From Candidatus Fraserbacteria bacterium (GTDB taxonomy: Bacteria; Bipolaricaulota; Bipolaricaulia; RBG-16-55-9): 64,000 bases of DNA. The stretch is taken from assembly GCA_037442925.1 (NCBI GenBank), contig JBBIPG010000003.1:2913-66912 (forward strand), in the 5' to 3' direction. Of the stretch, positions 48,018 through 57,867 are shown piece after piece. The notes beneath the pieces were generated by a model. It made no database searches. It saw only the letters and a list, made by a program, of their open reading frames with translations, and was not told the origin of the DNA. Both the position numbers and the translations under genes were made by a program. Each line of letters opens with the position of its first letter. Within the stretch, counting starts at the first letter, position 1.

Positions 48018-48043
48018 GGCTCACCCCCTAAGCTGAAGAAATC

Positions 48044-49903
48044 TTACGGCAGCCGTTGAAACTCCCAATAGAGCTCATATCGGTATCCTGGCCTTTCAAT
48101 ACGCTTTATCCCACCACGCCTGCTCCCCGGAGACATATTCACGAGCTCCTCGTAGCTGAAGCCCGAGTCACCTATGCCTATGAAATCATCGGAGGTCAAC
48201 CAGTCAGCTTCCCAGAGGCCGATGCTGGTAAAGAACCATTCATCCCGACGACAGAGCGCAGCGATAAAGGTGTTCCCCTGCGTGAATCTCACAGGGCTAA
48301 GGTAGATGGTGCTAGCGGAGAATTCAATTGTATTGGTCTTAAACTTTGTTACTTTAATTGGTTTGGGACTTGTTGTCCCTGTATAGATTCCGTAGCTCCC
48401 TTTGCCATAGACCTCATCACCACCCCATTCGTCCTGTTTGACTGGGCGAAGCCCGATCCACTTAAAGAGGAAGCGGATGCAGGCTGCGGGGGGAGGAGGA
48501 GAGGGACCGGTGGGTACGGCCACGAGTGGTCCGAACGGAGACGGAGGAGGGCTCTGGTAGACAGCCGTGAAGGTAGCTTCTTGCCGAATAGTGGTAAAGA
48601 AGTCGGTCTTCCCTGGTTCTCCAGGGACGATCACCCCCTGAAAGAGTCTCCAGTCCTTGAACTGGAGGGTCCTGTGCTTGAGGGGCCCAGAAGGATCCTC
48701 TCGGACAAAGCCCCTCCACGTCGGTTGAGCCTTCCCATAGACATCAGCGAAATTGTCCACAACAATATCGAAGGGGGTCTCCTTACTGTCGAGTGTCATG
48801 ATAGGTGAACTGGCACTGTAGGTGATCGGGACACGGGAGAGTTCTACGTCTGGCTTCCCCGACCCCCGCTCCCAAATGGCCCGGAAGTGGACCGTCTGCG
48901 GGAGGATGGTGAAAACAGCGGTCACCGTCATGTCCCTGTTCAGCTCGATTTTGACGTGCTCAATGCCAGTAGCCAAGATTGTGGTACCCTCACGCCATTG
49001 GGTGAACGAATGGCAGCGGTTCTCCAAACGCACGCAGGGCTCTCCAATAATGCTCGGGATTTTCACTACTGTTAGCCCTGCTGGAAGGTCTTGGAAGTAA
49101 GCGGGAACCTCGCTAGAACGATGTATATTGCCGGAAGCATCGGTGACCTCTATTGATATGATGTTACGGCCGTACACTTGCTGGGGGACGCCACCGCCCG
49201 GATGCACGTCCATCACTTCGACGGTGAGGTTGAAGGTTCCACCTTGCGCTAGGAAAACGTCAATGGTGATGGTATCGGAGTCGGAGCGGTCGCAATTGTC
49301 CCAGATGGTAAGTCTAGCGCTGTACGTCCCTGCGGTGTTGTAAGTATGGGTCGCCGTAGCACCTCCGGTCTGCGTGGTCCCATCCCCGAAGTCCCAGCTG
49401 TAGAGGTTGATCGTGCAGCCGGGGTCAGTTTTCGAGCCGGAGCTGTCGAAGACGACCGTCAAGGGGGCGGGCCCGCTTCTGGGATTGGCGTTGATGTCTG
49501 CCACCAGCGGCTGAAGCTGCGTGACCCTGATCGTCACAGCGGGAGTGTCCTTGCCCTTAAGGCAGGTGGTCGGGTCGATACCGTGAATCGCCCACATCTC
49601 GTACTTCAACTGGGCGATGTAGGTTCCCGGCTGGGTATAGGTATGAACGACGCTTTGTCCTGAGGCTTCAGGACTGCCATCCCCGAAGGACCAGGTGTAG
49701 GTCTCAGTTGGGCACCCCTCGTCGCTCGGTGGAGAGCCTGAGCCGATGAAGTTGACAGTCAGCGGAGCCGGACCCCTTGTGGGGCTGGCGCTAATAGTTG
49801 CACTAGCCGTCTCATGGACGGCAGGGGCCTCTCCTCCGTAAAGCACCAAAAGCATGCCTACAATCAGGGTCAAGAACCCGATTTTCAAGATCCTACCTTG
49901 CAT
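48044..49903 (-). CDS. Secreted PKD-domain protein (2 PKD domains plus C-terminal domains)
   Basis: Signal-anchor, then two units ASPTRGPAPLTVNF...WSFGDGS and ANPRSGPAPLTVVF...WDFGDGT. Start set at the ATG with GGAGGGGGG upstream. Confidence 0.75.
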   Translation of the reverse strand: MQGRILKIGFLTLIVGMLLVLYGGEAPAVHETASATISASPTRGPAPLTVNFIGSGSPPSDEGCPTETYTWSFGDGSPEASGQSVVHTYTQPGTYIAQLKYEMWAIHGIDPTTCLKGKDTPAVTIRVTQLQPLVADINANPRSGPAPLTVVFDSSGSKTDPGCTINLYSWDFGDGTTQTGGATATHTYNTAGTYSARLTIWDNCDRSDSDTITIDVFLAQGGTFNLTVEVMDVHPGGGVPQQVYGRNIISIEVTDASGNIHRSSEVPAYFQDLPAGLTVVKIPSIIGEPCVRLENRCHSFTQWREGTTILATGIEHVKIELNRDMTVTAVFTILPQTVHFRAIWERGSGKPDVELSRVPITYSASSPIMTLDSKETPFDIVVDNFADVYGKAQPTWRGFVREDPSGPLKHRTLQFKDWRLFQGVIVPGEPGKTDFFTTIRQEATFTAVYQSPPPSPFGPLVAVPTGPSPPPPAACIRFLFKWIGLRPVKQDEWGGDEVYGKGSYGIYTGTTSPKPIKVTKFKTNTIEFSASTIYLSPVRFTQGNTFIAALCRRDEWFFTSIGLWEADWLTSDDFIGIGDSGFSYEELVNMSPGSRRGGIKRIERPGYRYELYWEFQRLP

Positions 49904-49994
49904 AGTATCCCCCCTCCACTTCAAAGATGCTCTAGTGAGGAGTGGAAGCAGCGGAACGAGTCTTGCTGTCTCCACTCCTCCCTCACTTGCTCTG

Positions 49995-50819
49995 TCACTT
50001 CTGTTTCTCCTGGATCACCTGATGATTTTCATACCCTTTCCGAACGCCTTGGACCAGATAATCGAATTGCCCGCTCTTGCCTTGGACTTCGCGCACGATG
50101 ATTCGCTTTGTAGTCGTCTCCACCAGATAGAGTTGGAGCCACTCTCCTCTAGATGTAAGTTGCACGGTCAAGCCCTCGTCATTGGTGACCAGACTGAAGT
50201 GCTCCGGCAGATCAATGACCGCTTTGCCGTTGACCAGTTCTGCGGTGCCCCGGATGTAGGTGCCCGCTTCCGGACCTTCGAGCGAGACATAGACGATCTG
50301 CTTGGTAGGGTCAGCAGGGTGATCCTGGGCGAACATCTTGCGTCCGTCTGTAACCAGGAAGTCCCCCACAACGTGCAAGGGTGCTCGCGGATTCATCGGC
50401 CCGCCGGGGAAGATGCCGACGTTGCCACCGTATATGTTGAACGCGCCCCCGTCATACCTGATCCTCCCGCCGAAATCGGGAGTACCGCTTCCTGATGTGT
50501 CAGTGCTTCCGGGTGTGAAATCTATGTAAGCTAAGTTGGTGGGACTTGTGGTCCTCAGCTCAAGTCCCACATTAGCTGCAGGTCCGGTGGTTCCGGTGCT
50601 CAAGACGACTAGGCTGTTATCCGTGCCATGAATTTCGAGCTTATGATTGGGACTCTGCGTCCCGATGCCGACGTTGCCCATGAACGTGCACTGAGCATCC
50701 GTGCACTCCCAGCCTGCTGGACTGGCAACATTGATGAAAGCCCCAGTTGCGAGAAGCAACCCCACTACCAACCCGACCAACAGCCCTCTCCGCCCGCTGA
50801 GCTTAGCTTTGCTGAACAT
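49995..50819 (-). CDS. Secreted tail-fiber-like domain protein
   Basis: Signal peptide, then GNVGIGTQSPNHKLEIHG, the conserved motif of tail-fiber-domain proteins. Gly-rich beta region. Confidence 0.6.
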   Translation of the reverse strand: MFSKAKLSGRRGLLVGLVVGLLLATGAFINVASPAGWECTDAQCTFMGNVGIGTQSPNHKLEIHGTDNSLVVLSTGTTGPAANVGLELRTTSPTNLAYIDFTPGSTDTSGSGTPDFGGRIRYDGGAFNIYGGNVGIFPGGPMNPRAPLHVVGDFLVTDGRKMFAQDHPADPTKQIVYVSLEGPEAGTYIRGTAELVNGKAVIDLPEHFSLVTNDEGLTVQLTSRGEWLQLYLVETTTKRIIVREVQGKSGQFDYLVQGVRKGYENHQVIQEKQK

Positions 50820-51002
50820 GGTAAACCTCCTCGTTGAATTGGATTGAACTTGTTCTGCCTTCTCCGCTTGCCTGCTGCGTACTGTGCGATCTTGACCTGG
50901 CCGATGGGAGGAGTGGAAACAGCTGATCGAGGTTCGCTGCCTCCACTTCCCCATCTCCTACTTCGGCCTTTACTTTCGACCAACTGTGCTCTCACCTCTA
51001 GC

Positions 51003-51689
51003 TCACTGCTGCCAAAAGAGACTATCGATGACCGGCAAGGGCACCGTGGCGGACCCGAAAAAGTCGGGCTCAAAGGAGAGCTTCACACTCTTAATGTCAG
51101 CGTTAGACGAAGTCACCCTTAAGGGGGTGTTAATCCCTACGCTCACGCTGGCTTCGCTGCGAGCGATGACCCTGTTGTTCTCGTCAAACGCGATGAGTCT
51201 CGCCTTTAGCTTTAGCGGAGCCCCAAGTGGGCTATGCAAGCCCGTGTAGAGACCGACGACCTTCTTGGCTGAACTGAACCGGATCTCGATGGGGTGGGTG
51301 CCCATACAGACCGTCGCGCAACCAACACGACCCCAGGATGTTGGCACGGTAGTGCCTATGCCAAATAACCCCAAGGCGCGTGGAGGGGACCTCGTCCCCA
51401 CTGTTGGAGTTACGATTTGCAACTGGAGGCCTGCCGGAGCGACAAAGACCACGCCCCATAGCACATACTGGTTCGTGATAACCATTCCGTCCACGGTCGA
51501 ACGGCTGCTTGGGAGGCAGACCCAGCCGTCGCAAACCATGACAGGGTACGCCTCAAAGGTGATCCCTGGCAGGGTAGCGCTCGCAGGATCTGCACCCAGA
51601 GAGAGGACGAACGCCATCGCAGCGAGGCCAGTGATGGCTCTCACTCCCCACGCCAGTACCTTCCTCCAACTGACGCACTTGCTCGTCAT
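51003..51689 (-). CDS. Secreted hypothetical protein
   Basis: Signal peptide (AITGLAAMAFVLSLGADPASA), beta-rich. Confidence 0.55.
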   Translation of the reverse strand: MTSKCVSWRKVLAWGVRAITGLAAMAFVLSLGADPASATLPGITFEAYPVMVCDGWVCLPSSRSTVDGMVITNQYVLWGVVFVAPAGLQLQIVTPTVGTRSPPRALGLFGIGTTVPTSWGRVGCATVCMGTHPIEIRFSSAKKVVGLYTGLHSPLGAPLKLKARLIAFDENNRVIARSEASVSVGINTPLRVTSSNADIKSVKLSFEPDFFGSATVPLPVIDSLFWQQ

Positions 51690-51813
51690 TGTAGATCCCT
51701 CCTCGGATCATGGAATTGATGTATTGACCTTGATCTACAAACGAAGGGACTACAAAGTTTCATCGTGGGTTGCAAAGTCTTTACATAACATATTGGTAGC
51801 GTTCCTTTGCTGC

Positions 51814-53445
51814 TTAGGGCACGTGATACCGACATGTCGCACTGATGATCCCTGATGATGGGGTCACCGGCACTACGACCAGCACTCGATCTCCCCTTTG
51901 AGATCCCACCGTGCCGGAGACCATCCCCGTCGGAGTCGTCAAGGGCACCGGTGTGAGCAATACGGGAGCTGAGCCGGGGATGATGTTAAAGACCCTAACC
52001 CGTGTCACGGGTACACTCACTGAATAGGAGGCAGAGAATGACTCGCCTGCAGCAAACGTCGTTTCACACCCCTTGTTCGTCGTGATCTGTGCGAGCGTAG
52101 TGCTCACCCCTCCGATGGAAAAGCTGCAGGGAGCTGCCAGCACTCGCCCCGAGACCGTCGTCACTTGAAGAACGATCGTCTCCACGCCAAGTGGAGCTGC
52201 GATGGTCGCCGTGAAACTCCGCTCAACACCAGCAGGTATCAGCCCAAGAGGGATCGTCTTGAGCGTCCCCTCCGGGGCGAAGTCGTAGAGGACAGCGGTC
52301 CCGGCTTCGCTCACACGATAAGTGATCGTGATGGGGCTTCCGAAGCTGTAGGATGTTCCCGTAGGCCCGCAGCCGCGATCCACCCTGATGCTGATCTCAC
52401 CCGTCGCTGGTCCTGCTGTGCCCGTCTCCCGGTGGAACATCAGATCGAAATTGGAGACGGCGAAGACGTAGAGGATGTCCCCTAAAGGTGCAGCTGCCGG
52501 TGGAGCTATCGCGAATCCAACAGGAGAGAGGGAGCGGGCGCTGCTCCAGATACCCGCAGAGTGGGTAATGACCTGGACGCTGCCATTTGACCAGGTGAAG
52601 ACGTAGAGCTGGTTGTTAAAGATCACCGCGGCCAGTCCAGAATCAGCGAAGGCCCCAATCGTGCTCCAACCACTCCAGCTCCCTCCCGAACTCATGACGT
52701 TCACCCAGACGTTGTTGCTTCTAACAACTAGTAGATAGAGCTGATTGTTGAAGACAGCGGCTGCAGGAGAGGAGGGCCTGGTATCACCCACCAAGACCTC
52801 CTGCCACGTCGTCCAGATGGACGGCCCCGGGGGACAGGACGTCACGCTGCAAGAAGTCATACGGATACCCCCAGTTCTGTCAGAGACGAAGACGTAGAGT
52901 CGGTTGCCGAAGGCCGCCACCGCAGGACGGGCGTCCGCGGCTGATGCGGGCACGTTGAAGTTCGGTGCTGGAAGGTTATACCAGCCACTCCAATTGCTAC
53001 TGCCGTCCATGGCTGCCAACTCGACCCTGTTCAGCTCAACTGGACCTGCGAATCCGGTCACGCTGCGCAGTAGATAGAGCCGGTTGTTGAAGGCTGTCGC
53101 GGCCGGAGCGGAGGCAGTAAGTGAGGTCCGGCTGCCGGGGACTTCACCCAAGGCGAGCCAGTTGGGGACCGTGCAGCTAGGGCCGACACAGATATGAGAG
53201 AGCAGAGCCGCCTCGAGGAAGCTGCTCCCGTCGCTTAATAATCGATTGTTGAACACGTAGACGCTGCTAGTAAACTCCGCGGCAGCCACCGGCTGCGCTG
53301 GTAGACCACCAACTTGGGAGCTGAGACCCCACGAAGTCCAGTCGTTGCCGACGACTGTTACTCCTGCTGAAAGCGCCAGAACGAATGTCATTAAAGTCGA
53401 CACGACGGATCGTCGAAGGATCTGAGCCTTGCTAAGAGTTTCCAT
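51814..53445 (-). CDS. Secreted repeat protein with 5 or more FNN[RQ]LY[LV][FL] blades (putative beta-propeller/lectin-like) plus C-terminal Ig-like domains
   Basis: Signal peptide plus internal repeats AAFNNRLYLL, AAFGNRLYVF, AVFNNQLYLLV, VIFNNQLYVF, GDILYVFAV. Confidence 0.65.
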   Translation of the reverse strand: METLSKAQILRRSVVSTLMTFVLALSAGVTVVGNDWTSWGLSSQVGGLPAQPVAAAEFTSSVYVFNNRLLSDGSSFLEAALLSHICVGPSCTVPNWLALGEVPGSRTSLTASAPAATAFNNRLYLLRSVTGFAGPVELNRVELAAMDGSSNWSGWYNLPAPNFNVPASAADARPAVAAFGNRLYVFVSDRTGGIRMTSCSVTSCPPGPSIWTTWQEVLVGDTRPSSPAAAVFNNQLYLLVVRSNNVWVNVMSSGGSWSGWSTIGAFADSGLAAVIFNNQLYVFTWSNGSVQVITHSAGIWSSARSLSPVGFAIAPPAAAPLGDILYVFAVSNFDLMFHRETGTAGPATGEISIRVDRGCGPTGTSYSFGSPITITYRVSEAGTAVLYDFAPEGTLKTIPLGLIPAGVERSFTATIAAPLGVETIVLQVTTVSGRVLAAPCSFSIGGVSTTLAQITTNKGCETTFAAGESFSASYSVSVPVTRVRVFNIIPGSAPVLLTPVPLTTPTGMVSGTVGSQRGDRVLVVVPVTPSSGIISATCRYHVP

Positions 53446-53451
53446 GCAATC

Positions 53452-53661
53452 TCACTCTCCTTTAGCTCTTCTCTCTTCAGCTGAGATTGAATCCATCAAG
53501 TCTTGGATAGCCTTTACGATCTGGTCTAGTTCCTGGAATGCCGCCTTCTGCCCGCTCTGAACATGCTCGACCATGCCACGCCAGACTGTCCCCTGCGTGC
53601 CCTGTTGAGACTGACAGCGCACGATGAAGGAGACCGTTTCCGACTTGATGGTGCGAAGCAT
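53452..53661 (-). CDS. Small hypothetical protein, the first gene of the secreted-protein cluster
   Basis: ATG with GGGAGG 6 nt upstream. 6 nt before the next gene. Helical/coiled-coil-like composition. Confidence 0.4.
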   Translation of the reverse strand: MLRTIKSETVSFIVRCQSQQGTQGTVWRGMVEHVQSGQKAAFQELDQIVKAIQDLMDSISAEERRAKGE

Positions 53662-53796
53662 GGTCAACCTCCCGTCAAATTCCAGTGAGGATGGTTATAG
53701 ACCTGCGACCTTCTGTTTTTCTTCTACATCTTCATGCTTTGGGAACTTGCATAAAGCCTCTGTATGGATCAAAATTGGGTTAAACAGGGGTTCTCT

Positions 53797-53817
53797 GAAC
53801 CTCCCATGAGGAGGTTC
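53797..53817 (+). promoter_or_regulatory. Perfect 8-bp hairpin (GAACCTCC-CATGA-GGAGGTTC) that sequesters the SD of the STAND regulator gene
   Basis: The 3' arm contains the SD GGAGG 7 nt upstream of the ATG at 53822. The 5' arm is an anti-SD (CCTCC). Confidence 0.35.
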
Positions 53818-53821
53818 GCTC

Positions 53822-56800
53822 ATGGAGAGGACGAGCGAAAAAGGTCTCAAAGTGCGACTCTTTGGGCGCTTCGAGGTCTGGCTCGATAAGAAACTCATCC
53901 CTCCCACGGCCTGGCCTCAACGCAAGACGCAGACCCTGTTGAAGGTGCTGCTCACCGAGCGAGGGCGTGTCTTCACCCAAGACCAGCTCATTGAATATCT
54001 CTTCCCTGAGCTCGACCCTCAGATGGCTAGGAAGAGCTTGTATGGAAGAATCAGCGAATTGCGCCATCTCCTGGAGCCGAAGCTCAAAAGGGGCAGAGAT
54101 TCTCAGTATATACTTCGCGTTGAGGGCGGGGGCTACTGCTTCAGCAAAGAGGTCCCCTGCTGGCTGGACACAGAGGAGTTTGAGAAGCATTGTGAGCTGG
54201 CACATAAGTTGGCAGAGACCCATCAGTGGTTGCAGGCCATCAAACGCTACCAGCGAGCGATGGACCTCTATCGCGGTCCGTATCTAGCGGAGAACCTCTA
54301 TGAAGAATGGTCGCTTGCGCCGCGTGAGCACTGGCGGGAGATCCATCTCCGTGCTCTAGGGCAGCAGGCGGAATGCCATGCACGTCTAGCACAGTATGAG
54401 CAAGCCATTGAGCTTTGCCGACGGGTGATCGAGGTGGAGCCCTACCGGGAGAGCGCTTATCGTGCGAAGATGCTCTATCACTATTACGCAGGCGAACAAC
54501 TAGAGGCCAAACAGACATATCAAGCCTGCGTGAAGGTCCTCAAAGAGGAGCTTGAGGTGGAGCCTTCTCATGAGACTCAGGAGCTTTACGAACTCATCCT
54601 TCAAGGCCAGGTCCCCCCACTGCCCCGCGTGATCCCCAACAACTTGCCGATTCCACCCACTTGTTTCATCGGCCGGGAAGCGGAGCTCGCTGAGATGCGC
54701 AAGCTTTTAGGTGATCCCTCCTGTAGGCTCCTAATTCTAACTGGCCTCGGTGGTGTGGGTAAGACCCACTTGGCGATTCAGGCCGCCTCTGAAGCGCTCG
54801 AAGGATTTTCAGACGGCGCCTTCTTCGTTTCCCTCGACCATGTCAGTTCCCCGGACCTCCTCGTTTCTACTCTGGTAGGCACCCTTGAGTTCCCCTTGCG
54901 CAGTCGAGAAGACCCGAAGCGCCAGCTATCAAGTTACCTACGCGAGAAGAAGATGCTTCTCGTGCTGGATAATTTTGAACACTTAGCGGCAGGAGCTGGG
55001 CTGCTCACAGAGATTCTGGAGGGCACTGCTCAGGTGAAACTCCTCGTCACCTCCCGAGAGCGCCTGAATCTGCAAGGCGAGTGGCTTCTCCCCATTCAGG
55101 GCTTGAGCTTTCCCCCGGGCGAACAGATCGAGGACGCGGAAGGGTATAGTGCTGTGCAGTTATTCCTCTGCCATGCCAGAAGAGTTCAGCCGGGGTTCAC
55201 GCTGTCCCCGGAGGAGAAGTCCTCTGTAGTCCGTATCTGTCAGCTGCTGGAAGGAATGCCCTTGGGAATTGAGCTGGCTGCCGTGTGGGTGCGGGTGCTC
55301 TCCTGTCGTGAGATCGCTTCGGAGATCGCTCACAATGTAAATTTTCTAGCCACGTCCTCGCGAGATGTGCCCGAGCGACACCGGAGCTTGCGCGCAGTGT
55401 TTGACCACTCCTGGAGGTTGCTCACCGGCGATGAACGAGGAGTGCTCCAGAAGCTCTCGGTCTTTCGGGGCGGCTTCACGAGAGAAGCCGCGGAGCGGGT
55501 GGCAGGAGCCACCCTGCCTCTGCTTACCGCATTGATAGACAGATCCTTACTGCGACGGTCCTCCCGAGGGCGATATGAGTTGCATGAACTGTTAAGACGC
55601 TACACCGAGGAGCGGCTCAAAGAAGACGTCCAGCAGTATGAACAAACGCGGGAGCGGCACGGTGAGTATTATGCGCGATTTCTCGAGGAGCGAAAGGGAA
55701 CGCTCCTAGGCGCCCAGCAGAGAGAGGTGCTCAAGCAGATCAGCGAAGAGCTGGAGAACGTGCGCGCAAGCTGGCGCTGGGCGGTCGAGCCATGGAGAGC
55801 GGAGGAGCTGGAAAAGGCCCTCGAAAGCCTCTATCTGTTTTATGATCTGCAAAGCCGCTTTCAAGAAGGGGCAGAAGTGTTCCAAGAAGCCATAGCTGCC
55901 GCACCGGCAGGGAAGAAGAGCTTGTTGCTAGGGCAGCTTCTGGGACGCACGGGATACTTCTATTATCACCTCGGTCGGTATGAGGAAGGCAAGGCTCTGC
56001 TCAGTGAAAGCTTGGCCATTGCACGCTCTGGGGGTGATACCCAGGAGGCGGCGTTTTCCCTGAACGGTCTAGGTCTTGTGGCCTGCATGGTCGGAGAGTA
56101 TGTCCAGGCTAACCGGCTGTTTCAGGAGAGCTTGACCTCGAGCCGGAAGATCGCAGACATCAGAGGCAGCGCGATCGCCCTTAAGAATCGAGGCAACGTG
56201 GCCTATCGGCTGGGAGAGTATGCGAAAGCGAAACGACTCTATGAGAAAAGCCTAGCGCTGAGCAGGGAAATCGCGGATCGGTGGGGCATGGCAGGTTCTC
56301 TCAACAACCTGGGTAATGTGGCCCTTATGCTAGGGGAGTACACGGAAGCCAAGCGACTGCTTCAAGAGAGCCTTGCGATGAAAAGCGAGATCGGTGACCG
56401 CTGGGGCATGGCGACCTCCCTCAATAACCTGGGCGAAGTGGCGACTGCGTTGAGGGAATATACGGAAGCCAAAGAGCTCTATCAGGAGAGTCTTGCGCTG
56501 AAACGGGAGATCGGCGATCGACAGGGCATGGCACTCTGCTGCAACAACCTGGGGTTTGTGGCCACCATGCTGGAGGAGTACGTGGAAGCGAAACGACTCT
56601 ATGGGGAATGCCTTGCCATGCAACGGGAGATCGGCGATCGCTGGGGGATAGCGAACTCCCTGAACAACTTGGCTAGGGTGGCCATGGCGTTGGAAGAGGA
56701 GCGAGAAGCCAAAGACTGCCTGCAGGAAGCCCTAAGGACGGCCATGGGGATCGGGGCTGTTCCTGTGGTCTTCGGCAGTGTGATCGGGATAGCTAGGCTC

Positions 56801-57019
56801 TTTGTGAAAGCAGGGGAGAAGGAACGGGCGGCAGAGCTTCTCGCGCTGATCCTTCGCCATGCCGCCATTGACAAAGAGACCCAAGATGAAGCAGAGTGTC
56901 TCCTCTTAGGACTTGCCTCAGAACTCTCGTCTCAAGTCCTGGAAGCGGCCCAAAGACGAGCAGAGGCCAAGACGCTCGAAGAGGTCGTGGAGAAACTCTT
57001 GAGTGGTCCCACTTGCTAG
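53822..57019 (+). CDS. SARP/AfsR-family STAND transcriptional regulator (OmpR-type wHTH, BTAD, NB-ARC ATPase, TPR)
   Basis: wHTH (LFGRFEVW...LLKVLLTERGRVFTQDQLIEYLFPE), BTAD helices, Walker A GLGGVGKTHLA, and at least 8 C-terminal TPR units (LNNLGNVAxxxGEYxEAKxLYxESLAL). Confidence 0.85.
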   Translation: MERTSEKGLKVRLFGRFEVWLDKKLIPPTAWPQRKTQTLLKVLLTERGRVFTQDQLIEYLFPELDPQMARKSLYGRISELRHLLEPKLKRGRDSQYILRVEGGGYCFSKEVPCWLDTEEFEKHCELAHKLAETHQWLQAIKRYQRAMDLYRGPYLAENLYEEWSLAPREHWREIHLRALGQQAECHARLAQYEQAIELCRRVIEVEPYRESAYRAKMLYHYYAGEQLEAKQTYQACVKVLKEELEVEPSHETQELYELILQGQVPPLPRVIPNNLPIPPTCFIGREAELAEMRKLLGDPSCRLLILTGLGGVGKTHLAIQAASEALEGFSDGAFFVSLDHVSSPDLLVSTLVGTLEFPLRSREDPKRQLSSYLREKKMLLVLDNFEHLAAGAGLLTEILEGTAQVKLLVTSRERLNLQGEWLLPIQGLSFPPGEQIEDAEGYSAVQLFLCHARRVQPGFTLSPEEKSSVVRICQLLEGMPLGIELAAVWVRVLSCREIASEIAHNVNFLATSSRDVPERHRSLRAVFDHSWRLLTGDERGVLQKLSVFRGGFTREAAERVAGATLPLLTALIDRSLLRRSSRGRYELHELLRRYTEERLKEDVQQYEQTRERHGEYYARFLEERKGTLLGAQQREVLKQISEELENVRASWRWAVEPWRAEELEKALESLYLFYDLQSRFQEGAEVFQEAIAAAPAGKKSLLLGQLLGRTGYFYYHLGRYEEGKALLSESLAIARSGGDTQEAAFSLNGLGLVACMVGEYVQANRLFQESLTSSRKIADIRGSAIALKNRGNVAYRLGEYAKAKRLYEKSLALSREIADRWGMAGSLNNLGNVALMLGEYTEAKRLLQESLAMKSEIGDRWGMATSLNNLGEVATALREYTEAKELYQESLALKREIGDRQGMALCCNNLGFVATMLEEYVEAKRLYGECLAMQREIGDRWGIANSLNNLARVAMALEEEREAKDCLQEALRTAMGIGAVPVVFGSVIGIARLFVKAGEKERAAELLALILRHAAIDKETQDEAECLLLGLASELSSQVLEAAQRRAEAKTLEEVVEKLLSGPTC

Positions 57020-57831
57020 GGCCTACGAGAAGGCGGTGGGACGGGTCGAACTTCGAACAGCTTGGGCCACAGTTTCCCCGTCACAAACAGCCGATTGCCC
57101 CAGGCATCGTAGGCGATTCCATTAAGAACATCCACAGGCTGCGAACGATCCTCGGCGCTCAATAGCCCCGTGAGATCGATCCAGCGAAGGACTTGGCCGG
57201 TCTCGGGGGAGATGACCGCAATGCGATCGGTCAGCCAGACGTTGGCATAGATCTCGCCTTGGATGTACTCTAACTCGTTCAGTCTTGGCACGGGTGTGCC
57301 CTGATCTTTGACCTCGATCTGACCGATCTCTTGGAACGTATCGGGGTCGAGAAAGTGCAGAGTTGCTGTGCCATCGCTCATGATGAGACGTTTCCCATCG
57401 TGGGTGATCCCCCAACCCTCTGTAGGATAGGCGAATTCTCTCACCAACTGAAAACTCTCTTTGTCATAGACGAAGCCTTTGTGTTCCTGCCATGTGAGCT
57501 GAATGAGCTTGTCCTTCCACAGCGTGATACCCTCTCCAAAATACTGATCGGCGAGATGATGGATCTGAAGGACCCTGCCAGTAGCAAGTTCGACCTTGCG
57601 CAAGCTGGATTGACCGTAAAGCCCTGTGCCTTCGTATAAGAACCCATCCTCCGCGAAGATGAGCCCTTGAGTGAAGGCCTTGGGGTCGTGTGGGAACGTG
57701 TTGATGATCTCGTAGCTGTAAACAGGTGCAACGCCTTGGCCCCCTTCCGGGGCGTTTAAGAGAAGACCGCAATAGAAAACAACTCCCAATAGAGCAAGAT
57801 TGACAGCGACAAATAGAACACGTCTCATCAT
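57016..57831 (-). CDS. Glutamine cyclotransferase (glutaminyl cyclase, beta-propeller type)
   Basis: Signal-anchor plus Glu_cyclase_2-like pattern (YSYEIINTFPHDPKAFTQGL...EGTGLYGQSSLR). Confidence 0.8.
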   Translation of the reverse strand: MMRRVLFVAVNLALLGVVFYCGLLLNAPEGGQGVAPVYSYEIINTFPHDPKAFTQGLIFAEDGFLYEGTGLYGQSSLRKVELATGRVLQIHHLADQYFGEGITLWKDKLIQLTWQEHKGFVYDKESFQLVREFAYPTEGWGITHDGKRLIMSDGTATLHFLDPDTFQEIGQIEVKDQGTPVPRLNELEYIQGEIYANVWLTDRIAVISPETGQVLRWIDLTGLLSAEDRSQPVDVLNGIAYDAWGNRLFVTGKLWPKLFEVRPVPPPSRRP

Positions 57832-57867
57832 CGCAGCATTCCTCGATGTGTATATTACCCGATTCTG

